Below are positions 40,850 to 53,417 of a DNA stretch of 64,000 bases, in pieces. Position numbers and translations under genes: made by a program. The stretch is from Felis catus (lineage: Eukaryota). The DNA is taken from assembly GCF_018350175.1 (NCBI RefSeq), contig NC_058368.1, forward strand, positions 42,348,001 through 42,412,000, given 5' to 3'. Position 1 is the stretch's first letter. Every line of letters starts with the position of its first letter. A model generated the notes under the pieces. That model saw only the letters and a program-made list of their open reading frames with translations. It was not told where the DNA came from and did not search any database.

Positions 40850-41090
40850 GGCAGTAAGCAGTAGACTGTAGGCTTCTGTGGAGTCTAGGTTGGAATCCAG
40901 CTTCTCCCATTTGGTAAATGTGTGATTTTGGAGATGTGTCTTGAATTATTTGGGCTTTAATTTTCTTTAAAGTGGGGAGGGAAAAATTAGATTCATGGGA
41001 TTTGAGGAATGATTAAATGAGCTATCTTACTTAAGGCTCTTGTTTTTCCTGACAAACAATGCCAGATAATTAAATGGTTTAATTATTGTT
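40850..41090 (+). mobile_element. MIR fragment
   Basis: 'ggaatccagcttctcccatttggtaaatgtgtgattttgg...gattaaatgag'. Confidence 0.55.
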
Positions 41091-41906
41091 ACTGTTGTTG
41101 ATGATGATGACTAGCATTAGGGTCCTTCAACCCATAGTTACTCTAACTGTGAATGTCAACATCCAATCAATCAATTAATCAATCAGTAAAAGGTGTACTT
41201 TGACGCGGTCCGTATAACAATATTTTTTCCAAATTATTTGTGGCATCTTTTTTCTCCTCTCTGTAATTTAACAGACATTAACTTAAAGAAGGTCTCCTTT
41301 GGAAAGACGTGGACACAGAAGGAAGAGATTATGCAGCAAGTGTTTCCTGTTTAAAAATGTCACATGGAAGATGGAGGAGATTTGAAAATTAAGGCAAGTA
41401 GAATCACAGACCTCTCAGCTGTATCTTTATGAAAAACTTGAGAGAAAGAAGAGTCAGGAGGGGAAACTGGTTGGTGAAGTAAGGGGACTTTCTTTTATTA
41501 TTTGGGCTCAGTTTAAGTCATTGGGTTTTGTTTTTGTTTTTGTTTTAGGGTTTGGGTAAGTGTGCTTGGCTGTCAGTTAACCTTGGCAAAAAACAGGGCT
41601 AGATGGGCTTTTCTGTAGAGCTATGTCTGTACTATTAATCCCTTTGTCTTCAGAACTCCTGCTCCACCCCCTCCTCCACAATCCCACTTTAAAACTCTAA
41701 GTGCACCTTCCATTTCCCTCAAAACATTCCATGTGTGTTCCCTGTGGGTGGCACCCCGTATCCAGTGGGTCATTCAGTTTCCCTGTCACCAAACTCCTCT
41801 TCAGGCCTTTGTGCTTCCTATAGTGACGATCATGTTAATTTATACCATAATAATGTCAATATGTAGATGTTAAAAATGTCTTCCAGAGATAATACACACA
41901 TTCTAA

Positions 41907-42044
41907 GGGTGCTTGGGTAGCTCAGTTAGTTAAGTGTCCAACTCTTGATCTCAGCTAAGGTCTTATTCTGAAGGTCATGAGTTCAAGCTCCATGCTGGGC
42001 TCCATGCTAAGCTCCATGCTGGGTGTAGAGCCAACTTAAAAAAA
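41907..42044 (+). mobile_element. Short Can-SINE with an internal 12-bp triplication
   Basis: tRNA-like head; GCTCCATGCT(GG/AA) x3 at 41987-42022; degenerate TSD aatacacac..tctaa. Confidence 0.9.
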
Positions 42045-42248
42045 AATACACACTCTAATTTTCAAACACTAGAATTTAGCTATATATTAGGTGATGATTG
42101 CATTCCCTCAGTAAAAGTGAAGAATGAAGAAGGTATTTCAATGTCCTTTAAATAATATATTTCTACTTATTTCACAGGTATTTTGTCCTGCCCTATGTAC
42201 AGAATGGCTTTAAATAAGGATTAGATGATAAATCTAAAGAAGAAGTAG

Positions 42249-42435
42249 TGACTCCTGGGTGGCTCAGTCAGTTGAGTATCTGACTTGATTTCGGCTCAGG
42301 TCATGATCTCACGGTTCCTGACTTTGAGCCTGGGTAGGGCTCTGTGCTGACAGTGCAGAGCCTGCTTGGAATTCTCTCTCTGCCCCTCCCCACCCCTCAG
42401 AATAAATAAACTTTACAAAAATAAATAAAAATAAA
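42249..42435 (+). mobile_element. Can-SINE
   Basis: 'cctgggtggctcagtcagttgag...ctcaggtcatgatctcacgg' plus AATAAA tail. Confidence 0.93.
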
Positions 42436-42614
42436 AAAGTAGCAGGCGTCATTAAATAATGGGATTAAAATTGGATCTGACAGGGAAAATATAACACCTA
42501 AGTCCAAGCCCTTAGAGAACGGGGTCTATTTAAAACATGAAGAAGGAACTGGAGAGGGACGTAAGAAATACAAAACAGGAATAGAAATGCAGTGGGCATT
42601 CTGGTAATCTAGGT

Positions 42615-42802
42615 CATTGGTTCTGAATCCTGCCTGAAATTATCAGAACTACCTGGGGAACTTATTAAAAATACTGATTCCCAAGTCTCAACCCCTAAAG
42701 ATTTGGTTGATGAGATCTGGAAATAATATTTTCAGCCATATCCCTGGTGATTTAATACAGTCCCTTCCACACTGGTCCTTGGACCACCATTTGGAACCCA
42801 AT
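42615..42802. mobile_element. MER5-family hAT MITE
   Basis: 'cattggttctgaatcctg...acctggggaacttattaaaaatactgattccca...ccctggtgatt...ttggaaccca'. Confidence 0.65.
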
Positions 42803-43133
42803 AACCTAAAAGAAGAGGAAAGATCAGTGAAGGGATATATTTAAAAGCAGATTTTTTTTTTTAGCTTTACAAGTTTCATTAAGGTCATTTATTCTAAAAG
42901 CATCTCTTTGGGACCATTAATTTGAATGTAATTTTCATTTATTTAGCTCCTATTATGTAGCATATATTACTCTATATATAATATTGTATTTATTATATAT
43001 AATAACTAGGCCTTAATAAGGTATAAGTAATTATATTTATAACTTTAAAGGGAAATAATTTCACATATTTTCTCAAAATTTTAAATATAATTCAATTTCA
43101 AAGGAAAGATAAAATTTCCTAGAGAGAAATACC

Positions 43134-43340
43134 TTTTATTTTTTTTAATGTTATTTATTTTTGAGAGAGAGAGTGCATGCAGGGTAGGGGCAGAGAGAGA
43201 CACACACACAGAATCTGAAGTAGGCTCCAAGCTCTGAGCTGTACACACAGAGCCTGACATGGGACTTGAACTCACGAACTGTGAGATCATGACCTGAGCC
43301 AAAGTCAGATGCTTAATGGAATGAGCTACCTGGGTGCCCC
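43134..43340 (-). mobile_element. Can-SINE (felid type)
   Basis: Reverse SINE ending 'gagctacctgggtgcccc'. Confidence 0.95.
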
Positions 43341-43407
43341 AGGATAAATATTTTTTAAAGGAAGTAACCCATCTAAGCCTAATTTGGCCTTCAATGTCAA
43401 GACCATA

Positions 43408-43413
43408 TGTGTG

Positions 43414-43445
<32 letters not shown>

Positions 43446-43454
43446 CGTGTGTGT
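43408..43454. repeat. (TG)n microsatellite with CG interruptions
   Basis: Visible directly in the sequence. Confidence 0.95.
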
Positions 43455-44332
43455 ATACACACTCAAGCTTGAACAGTACTGCCAATGTATGAAGACGTTA
43501 TAATGAAATATTTCAGAGAGCATGAAAATTTATTCTGGAATTTTTTCTCTGGAAAAATCTTCCTAAGTTTATAAAAGTAGAAAGATCTATTCTCCAGCTA
43601 TTCTCTTTTATAGCAGTAATATCTATGACAAGAGGTGAATGACTAAATATATTTTAGAATATCAATCCAATGTTATTACATTAAATATTGTGCAGCCATC
43701 AAAATAATAATAGTAAAATAGTAAAGACATTTAAAATATTTAAGATATAATTTTGAGTAAAAAACAACAAACATTAAGATAATAAATCTGTAGATATATT
43801 TGTAAAATTTGCATCAGAGCACAAAGAACAAAGGAAGAGTTAAAACATTAATCATGATAAAATAGTGGGATTATGAGGGATTCAGAAATATTTATTTAAA
43901 TTTTAAAATATTAATTATATTTATCAACTTAGAAAATGTGTTAATAAAATGATTTTTTAATTAAAATTTCCTGTATAGGGAGAAACGCTGTATTAATTTG
44001 GCTTAGAAATCTGTCCAGCACATTGTCATTTGTGGCATAAGTGGAAACACTGTTCTCTCCTAACTTTCTTGAGCAGTTGGGAGCACAGAGTAAAGAGAAG
44101 GGGGAATACATTACTTCCATTCGTTCATTCAGCAAGAAGTTACTAACCATATACTACGTTCAGGCCATGCAGTGGAGTTTAGATAAGAATCTCCATGTGT
44201 GCCTGCGAGTGATGTCCACCGTTGTTTCCATGCTCCTCATTCTGGCTAGTGCTGCTCAGCAATTTGTGTGACCAAACCTCAGGACCTATAAACCTTTGAG
44301 TCCTTGTGACTATGGCTAATATTTTTATTCAG

Positions 44333-44383
44333 GTGTCTTTCCTAACATGTACAACAGCTAATCTGAGAGCGGTGGGGACAGTC
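44333..44383 (+). other. Candidate 51-nt exon on the plus strand
   Basis: ggctaat (branch-like) atttttattcag|GTG...GTC|gtgagt; motif evidence only. Confidence 0.25.
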
Positions 44384-46115
44384 GTGAGTATAACAATTCC
44401 ACACAATTCAAGACATAAAATGCAGTTGTATCACTGCTTTGGAAACAACTCGTATCTGGAAAATGCTCCTGGTCTTGTGTGACTGTACACAAAAGAAGGC
44501 GTCTAATCAGAGCTTACTTCACCATTCATATCAGCATACATCATGAAATGCAAATACATTTATTATGTACGTAGTGCAAAGGTACAAATAAAACAGGCAG
44601 ATTTTATTAAAGTTAGAATAATTCCCAATCAGCATTGGATGTAATATGTACGTTTTGGAATAAAAGAATGAAACAAACCATAATCATATGGAACAAAATA
44701 ATGAAAAGCTCTCAACAAACCCTTTGTTTCTGTTTGCAGTCTTCCTAGCAGTTAAAATAGCGAGAGCCTATTCAAAGTTACTGGAAAGTAAAAAAGCTCT
44801 AAAACCAATAGTGGAATTTTTTTTTTTTTTTTAGGTACAGCTACCCACTGGGAAAAGAACTATATCACATTTCTTTTCTATGTAAACAATTCAAGCAAGG
44901 AGAAATCAGCTAGTGCACAATCCATAAAATTGTTAGTTTATTTTTTTGCGAGGTTGGGGGGGTATGTTATTATATATTGTTTTGCATTGTATTGCTATTC
45001 AGAAAATACGCTAACTCTATACTTCCAGTCCCTTTGCAATGAACTTCAGTCCCTTTCACCCCATTGGGTACTAGACACTTTTTTTAGTTGATATGACTCA
45101 CTGATATCCCAGAGTCTGCTTATTCAAACAGACTCTTTTTTTTTTTTAACTGAAGGAGGTCAATTCCTCTTTCTGGGCCTCCCCATGCTCATCTCAAAAA
45201 TAAAAATAAGGATATTAATATTGGCCTTATTTACATCACAGGATTGATGAAAGAATAAAATAAAAAAATATTTTTTCAAAATAAAAGTTGGGAAAAAATA
45301 GAAGATGCTATGCAACTCTAGGTAGTGTAACCCTTCTTCCCCTTCTTTTGTTCTATATGTTACTTATAAATGATGAAGGGGAACAAGAAAAATAAATGTG
45401 TACTCTTGTAGAATCTCAGACTTCATTTTCTGATGCCTCTGAGTGGTTCTACGGTTTGCTCATCTTCAGATTTGCCTCCCCCTCCCCAGTTTATTCAGAT
45501 AGCCAATTCTGGTATAAACTCATTTCCAGTTTGAGGTGGAGAAGATGCAAGGAATCTGAAGAGACTACACTAAGCCCCTGCATCCATAAAGCCTCACTCA
45601 CATCTTCACATCACCTGCTGCAGCCCTGAAGCCCTGAAAACCTCCCCACTCCCCTCCTTGGGACAGTGATTTGGGAGGATGTCAGCCCTGAATGAGTTTT
45701 GTTGTCAACTTGAGATTTCAGGGGACACCTCCAGGACGGAAAAAGAAAAAAAGAATTTATAATGTGCACTTAACATGTCTTAGTCTGGGTCTCTAACACT
45801 GAAAACAGAATTTTCTATTATTTCAATCATCCGTCAATCCCATCTTCTCTTTCCAGCAAACAACCTCTCCTTCCTTGCACTGTTGCTGTCCAAAGCAACC
45901 TGCATACCCAGACTCAACCTGAACTGAATCTCTTTCATACTTGACAGGCAGCAATCAAATCTATTCAATACCCCTCTTCTTATATACCTTCTTATATAGC
46001 TAACCTAATCTAGCCAATGCTGAGTACTTGCAATGTGCCTAAACCTGTCTCATTCAGAGCATGCTAGTCCCTAACTCATCTTCATTACAGACAGCCCAGA
46101 GCCCATCATCCAATG

Positions 46116-46295
46116 CGGTGACTCTCAAACTTGAGTGTGCATCATAATTACCCGGAGAGCTTGTTAAAACAGTCTGCTGGCCTCCAAATTTCTGGGTCAT
46201 AAGGCTTGGGATTAGGCCCTGGAATATGCCTTTCTAACAAGTACGTAAATGAGGCTGCTGCTGCTGGTCCTGGAACTATACTTTGAGAACCACTG
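46116..46295 (-). mobile_element. MER5A hAT-Charlie MITE
   Basis: Terminal inverted ends cggtgactctcaaac / ctttgagaaccactg with a MER5A-like interior. Confidence 0.85.
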
Positions 46296-46919
46296 TTCTA
46301 ACACACAGTTCTAAACTCCTCTTCTGGGATTTCAAAGCTCTCCACAATCTGAGGCCACCCTACACATTTCATTTCACTTAATACTTCTCTTAGATACATA
46401 TGGATTTATAGTGAAGTTAATATATCAGTCCTTCATTTGCACAGGCCTCTTCGAAGGTGTTATGGTTAATGTGTATTCTTTTCTTTAAAGAGAGCTCTAA
46501 AAATATATGCTTTAAGTCACACAAAGACGGGGTCCCCCTCTGCTGCTAACCATCTAGAGTTTTGCACTGATTTATGAACATGTTAAACTTCTTTTCATTT
46601 ATGTACCCTGTCTGATCTGTTCCCTTTGTTTAGTAAGTCCTTCAGCACTCACTCTGCATTTCCTTTTCTCCCACAACAAATTTCACCCATTTTTTACTAC
46701 CAAAACCATTTCTTTATTTACTAATCTAGTTTTTTTCTTAATCAACTGTCAACTGCTTTGTGTTGCTACCAGCTCTTTATGTGTTTTTTTTCTAAAAAGA
46801 ATAAGTGTAAAAATCCTTCTGGATGTTACTTTGCCAAGCTACATATCTATCAGCTAACAAATTAATGGTAGAGAAGTGTGAAGAATAAGTTAATCATGTT
46901 GATTAAAATAACTGTAACA

Positions 46920-47170
46920 TAGCAGCTGGTATTTATTAAAGACTTACTAAGTGGCAGGCACTGTGCTAGGACTTTACACGTTATTTCATTCTAACCTCAC
47001 ATTTTCCCTAAAATAAGTACCATTATTGTTGCAACAATTGCTGTTGTTAAAATAAAACTGAGGCATAGAAAGGTTAAATAACTTCCTCAAAGTCTCTCAG
47101 CTAATATAGAGTACCTATTCAAACTCCAAACTATAGAATTCCTAAACCTTAACTTTTAATCACCTGAACT
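46920..47170 (-). mobile_element. MIR SINE, near full length
   Basis: 'atttattaaagacttactaagtggcaggcactgtgctaggacttta...aaactgaggcatagaaaggttaaataactt'. Confidence 0.85.
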
Positions 47171-48965
47171 AGAAACCGTAACCTATTATATTTAGGTGCA
47201 GTAGATGTGGGGAGGTTCTTTCAAACATCTTTTCTTCTATTACGTACAAAAGCCTGCAAAGCAGGAGATGTTAACTTCAGTTAGTTAAAAGCACAACAGC
47301 ACCATGGATAACAGCACGACACTGACTCCAAACAGAACAGATACACGTGGAAGCCAGAATAGCACTGAAGAATATCAGGAACGATACAGCTTCCGGAATG
47401 ATAAAATATTGTTAACAGATTGTGGTAGTTGCTATTATTTTGATGAATGTTCTATCAGACTTAGAATTCCATCTTAATAGATTATCCTGATCTATTTGCA
47501 ATATTCTTTTCCTTACTTGTGTATATATTGCTCAATTTGTAACAACTCTTAACTCGTGCAGAGGTCCCTTGCCCCAGTGATAGAGATACTACACCTCAGG
47601 GCATATTAACATTTCCACTGGACTTTACCAATTTAAAGGCAAGTAATTCAAGCTCAGATCAGTCACCTTTGGCAGGAGGTAGAAAATAGTGGGTAAAGTC
47701 AAATGTGGAAGTATTTGACTTGCATTTTGCAATTGATTCAGCAAAATTTTAGAATAGTGATTCTATTGTTAATTGTTAAGCTATGAGAAATTAAATAAAT
47801 TTAACCCTTTAAATATTAGCAAATGAATATTAAAGCCATCAATGAGGAATGAGTCATGCATAGCATGTTAAACAGCACCTGGCCCATATTCAGAGCTCAA
47901 CAGCTCTTCTCTGACAGTATTTTTAATAATAGTTGCATTATTGATGACCATGAGAGTTAGTGGGATTTAGGCTGTAGTCGCGTCAGCAAAACAATGTTTA
48001 AATATCTGGTAGCATGTTTTGTGTGCACATGTGTATGCAGCAAAGAGAGAAAGAATGAGAATAAACCTGGCCAGCAGGTCTTCTATAATGAGTTACATTC
48101 TCTTTCAAGGTACGACAAGCAAATTATTACCAACAGTATTTAATTACTTTTTTGTAGTTTATCATTGATGCAAGAAGGAAGGAAAGAAAGCAAAACAAAC
48201 CATGGGACCTCAAGATTTCTCCTGCCGAATGAACACTGATAAGAATATTATGAATCATTGTTTCACACAGTTTATACTATTCAGGCACTAATGAACAGGA
48301 AGAGTACAAATACATTTAATGGTTAGTGAATCACATTGTTTCCCACCTCATGAACAGCAGAGAAGGCCTGATTCATCCAGCTCCTACCCCCGTAACTGTG
48401 ATGGTTTTGACACCCCTTTCCTCCAACTAAATCAAATGATTAACACTGAGACACTTGATAACAGACAAATATTTCCTTTTTTATGTGAAAAGATTAAACA
48501 GTTATGCTGTTGAGAAAATTCTAAAGTGTTATTATATCATGAAAGGCCCAGAAGATCAATTGTAAAGGACCTAAGTGTAAATTGGCTGGCATTAGACATC
48601 GTGGCAAAAAGAACACACTTCCCAGACCTGCAGGAGATAATTAGGCCCAATTACTAGGTGAAGCCACTGCATTCATTTAAGATCCAGACACTGTGTCAAA
48701 GTGTGTACATGGGTGTGTGTACTTGTGTGTACCATAAAAAACATGGCATAACAAAATTATAGCTGTGATCACATAAGTATTCCTTTTATTAGTAACATTT
48801 CTATGATTAGAAAAGTGATACATGGTCACTGTAAAAAAATCAGCTTATCTAGGGAACTGTATGAGAAAAGCATAAGTCACCTATGAAACTACTACTCAGG
48901 AACAACCAATGCAAGAATCATATTGTATTTTTCCAGGATTTTTTTTCTAAACATATGCTTGTAAT

Positions 48966-49004
48966 ACACACACACACACACACACACATACACACACACA
49001 CACA
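48966..49004. repeat. (CA)n microsatellite
   Basis: Visible directly, with one TA interruption. Confidence 0.95.
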
Positions 49005-49936
49005 CCTCCCTCCTAAAATATGGGTCATTCTTTTGTATCCTATTTTTTTTAGTTAACTTTATAAGAAGTATTTTTTTCCAATATCATTACATGTTAAGCA
49101 AAAACATTACAATTGCCATCTATGGATAGACCATATACATTTAACCATTTATCTATCTCTGATAAACTCTAAACATAATTCTTTCTCCATATGTCTGATT
49201 TTTTTTCATTGATATAAACTCCAGGAAGTAGATCAGGTTTTGATTTTTATATGCTTCATGACAAAATGTTTTTAAAAAATACATCATTGAAATCCATGTG
49301 TTGACTACATAACCTATGATTTGTGCACAGACTGGGCCTGGTCACTTGTCATTGCTCAGATGTTGGACTCACTCATCCCTGACTGGTTATCCTCAAAGGA
49401 GTTCCACCCAAGTTGATGAATAAGAAAAAAAAACTGAGGTTAAATAGGATAAATAAAATGTTCAGCATGAAAGCAATTTTGGATTGAAGAAACAGGTTTA
49501 GCATAAGACTACTGACTTTAACTATGAAGAAAGCTAAGGCGGCCAAGAGAGGAAAGGCCTTGAGGGTAGAAGACAGATGCCGCAAGAGACCTGCCGAAGC
49601 ACAAGTGCTGAGTCCCATGTTCTTGTTCCCGTTCTTAGGATGTACCCCACTGCTCTGGCCATCAGCCCATTTTGAACTACTTACTGGTTCTTCAGAACCA
49701 TTTCTACATTCTGCATACTTAAGGCATTAAAACACAGATTAAAATATATGTTCCCCTGTTCAAATTTGAAACCAGTCAGGACCACACAACTACTTTTGCC
49801 TTCCTTAAATCTAGGCAATTCATTCATCCCCACTAAAAGAAGGATTGCTTTCTATAACTCATAACATACACATCTTGCCGGAGTATTATCCGCAGACAGC
49901 TGTTCTGGTCCCGACTAATAAGTGAGATTGTCTTAC

Positions 49937-50093
49937 GTTGATGTCCTTTGTGTAAACAAACTACTGGCTGTTTGTAGAAGTAGGGCTGTCGTGGCAGCAC
50001 AGGCACAGGCCCATATGGGACACTTCGATGTCTCTTGCCTTGCAAAATATCCCTTCTAGGTTGGCTGTGTCCTCTAGAACTTTTATCCACTTG
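49937..50093 (-). other. Candidate 157-nt exon
   Basis: Acceptor gtattttctcttag|C; donor AAC|gtaaga; one frame open throughout (QVDKSSRGHSQPRR...HKGHQ) but not a protein I recognise. Confidence 0.25.
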
Positions 50094-50099
50094 CTAAGA

Positions 50100-51670
50100 G
50101 AAAATACATGCCCTCAACCTTTTCTCTCACAACCTTATCTCTCTTGCTCTGTTTACCTGAAGTCCAGATTTCCTTTGATAATATGACTGCTTTTATCTCA
50201 GTGCTACCAGGCACACTTAATCACATCTACATGGCTTCCTTTCCCATTTCCTTTAACAAGGTTCTGAGTTACAACTACCCTATCCAAAATACTCATCCCT
50301 CCCACCACCAAACACATACACCAAACCCTTCAGCAGGTGACCTATTTCTGCACCACCACTACTGGCTTCTTTACAGTCCTTGGGAATAAGTGGCTCAATT
50401 AATTTTGAACTGTGTTTTGATCTTATTCTTCCCCTACTTCTTGCCGCTTTAAGAATGCTATGTTCTCCCTCCTGAATTTCCATTGCCTCCCTCTACCTTT
50501 TTTTTCTTGCTTGTAGATGTGTTAAAATATTCTCCATAGTCAAAGATCTCTTCTGAGCCTAGTTCCTCTTCAAGAGGCAGTCTTATCTTTCCTTTCCTTA
50601 GTTACCAAACTTTTTGAATGAATTGTCTAGTTTTATCTTCTTTTACTATAACCATTGCATTCCACCCCACAGTGAATTTGTAATTGTTCATTCCAAAGAT
50701 CAATTCTTGGTCTTACAAGATGAATTTTTGTCTCAATGAAGTGTCCTTGACATCTCTAAAGCACTTAACAATAGGATATTCATTTGTTGAGATTTTCTTC
50801 TAGAGCTTTCATGGCATTATTCACTTGTCTCCTCACAACTTTTTTTCTGCTACCTACATGAGCACTTTCTTTGTAAATAACCTCTTAAATGTTATTAGGT
50901 TTGGTCTCACTCTCTTGTATTCTTTCTCTATTTTCCTTGGATGGGCACATTGGCCTCCATGGCTCTACTGTTATCTAAACACAGGTAAATATCAAAGGTG
51001 TATATATTTGAGTGGAAATTAAAAAAATATAGTTTGATTTTTAAGTCAAGATTGGAATGTGGAATATAGAGGAATATCAAACTTAATTTACAAAGATCAT
51101 ACTTTGTTATCCCTTCCCTCCATTTAGATTTGCTTCCCCTTTACTTCTGATATTTGGTTAATGATATCACTGTCCACCTAGTCAACTCATTTTAGAAGTC
51201 AGCAAATCCTATTTGATTTATCCTTCTCTGTTGCTGTTCCTTTCCACAACCCCTTTCTAATCTACTTTTCTCACTACCATCACAATTGCCTTTCAAACAC
51301 ATAGAATAAATACACTGATAAGATGCAGGAGGTTTAAAACCTGTGATGTTTCTGTTAACAAGACTCAATCTACATATATTATTCAAGTCCTTTACTTTCG
51401 TCCCCAATCTCCTTTTCTAATCTCTGTTCCTACATAATTGTTCTCTTCATTCTACACCAGGAGAATGAATCTATATTGAATCTATGCTCCCATGGCTCAT
51501 CGTTCATGGGGGCAGTTACAGCTCTCAACTGCTTCTGTTTTATTAAATTCTTAGCATGTTTGTCCTTCCAGTTAGATTAGAAGTTCCTGAAAGGTAGCAA
51601 CCATATTATTCATCTCTGTAACCTATACCAGCACAATTTCTGGTAAATATTTCCAGCTCGATAAATGCTT
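50100..51670 (+). mobile_element. Degenerate L2 LINE
   Basis: Pyrimidine-rich L2-like sequence ending 'agattagaagttcctgaaaggtagcaaccatattattcatctctgta...ccagcacaatttctgg...ctcgataaatg'. Confidence 0.55.
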
Positions 51671-51685
51671 TAAAAATTAATTTCA

Positions 51686-51900
51686 GGGGCACCTGGGTGG
51701 CTCATTCGGTTAAGCATCCGACCTCAGCTCAGATCATGATCTCACAGTTGGTGAGTTTGAGCCCTGTGTCGGGTTCTGTGCTGACAGCTCAGAGCCTGGA
51801 GCCAACTTTGGATTCTGTGTCTCCCTCTCTTTCTGACCCTCCCCTGTTCATGCTGTCTCTCTCTGTCTCTCAAAAGTAAATAAACATTAAAAAAAATTTT
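51686..51900 (+). mobile_element. Can-SINE (felid type)
   Basis: SINE body; TSD AATTAATTTCA(G) at 51675 and 51901. Confidence 0.97.
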
Positions 51901-53361
51901 AATTAATTTCAGTAATTAAAATCACTCTGATTTTATAGGTCTTTAGATGAGGTTAATTCAATACAAAACATACTTTATTTAGCAGAGCTTAAAGTTTATT
52001 AAAATTTATTGCATGTCTTATCTTCAGAAGAATTCCAAGAATTTTCTCCAGCATAGGCATGACTTCCTACAAATCTCCCCATGATATTAAGATTAGAGTA
52101 AGAATATTTCTCCATGGTATAGATAAAGAAAATAAGACTAATGGAGGTTAAGTTACTTATCATTGTCACAAAGCCAGTGGGTGATACAGTAGGGATTAAA
52201 AACACTTACTTTGAATTTCCATTCATTAACATATTCACTCTGTGAAGCATTCATTCAATAGTAACTTCCCATCTCTTTATGAGGACAAATGAGATAATGT
52301 CTGTAAAACAATTTGAGCTACTCAGGAAAAGCAGGCTATATAATTTAAGAGATGAATTTGATAAATTGGATTCACAAATAAGTGGATTGGCTCAAAGCCT
52401 CTACAGAGAGGAAGTTACTGTGTCATTTTCCCAATCATCTTGCCAATTTACCTCACGCTTTACAATCATACAAGTCTTTTATAAAGCTCAGCAAATGAAC
52501 TTCTTGAAAATGAGTTTTGGTCTCAATTCAGTAAATTTTATTTGTACTTTTCCCATATTCTCTCAAATAGTTCACTGACCTATTACATCACCAAAGCTAC
52601 TACTCATCAAAATCAGAATACAAGTGCATTTGACTCGTTTCATGGCTAATGTTATAGCAATAGTCTCAAATAACAATATTGGTTTTATATAAAAGCATTT
52701 TCTCTTTCATATTATTACATTTATGTGGGGGTTCTACATAAGAATTCACATAAGCCTTCAAAAGTGTACTTCTTGCACTGCAGTCTTTTTCAATAATAAC
52801 ACCTACTTCATAGGACCCAAGGGCAGCAGTTAAGTGCTCAATGATATTTTCTACAAGACATTTTTTTTGTCCTCCGAGGGCATTTCTAGCACTCTCAGAA
52901 GGGCAATACAATCAATGCAACCTCCAATAGTTCTGAATTTAACAATGTGAATGCTTTTGAACTAGCCATAGAGTATGAAGAAGCTTGCATTCATGGGCAA
53001 ATGTGAATCGTATGCAGGCCAGACAAAGCTAGCCATGTCCTGTCTTCCACTGTTTAGAAAACAGAATTATTTCATTTAGGGCAGAATCATGATCTGTTGA
53101 ACAGAAATAGAGTAGAATTCAATTTGATTTCATAAGTAAACTCTGCTCCAAGAAAGTGGCTCTGTATAAACCAAAAATGCAATTTAAACAACACAATACA
53201 TTTAGATACCTGAACATTCATTCGGTTTTACTATAAATGAAGTTTCACTTTAAGTGAATTATACTGTCAGTTTTGGGAATCTAAATAAATCTTGCTCTCT
53301 AAGCAATTTACAGACATTGATACCCCTTACAGTTTAAAACATCCCTGTTTACAAAGATAAG

Positions 53362-53417
53362 GCAGATGGGCACCAGCAGATGGGCACCATGAGGGGAAAA
53401 GGAGGGGTGCCCACCTG
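53362..53417. repeat. 14-bp tandem duplication plus an inverted copy
   Basis: GCAGATGGGCACCA x2 (53362-53389); GGTGCCCACCTG (53406-53417) is the reverse complement of the core with one mismatch. Confidence 0.85.

Noticed and set aside
43081..43523. 134-aa and 65-aa ORFs
   Set aside because: Produced by a (TG)n microsatellite and a Can-SINE.
47517..47666. 150-nt minus-strand exon candidate
   Set aside because: AAG acceptor, competing donors and stops in all three frames; too weak to call.
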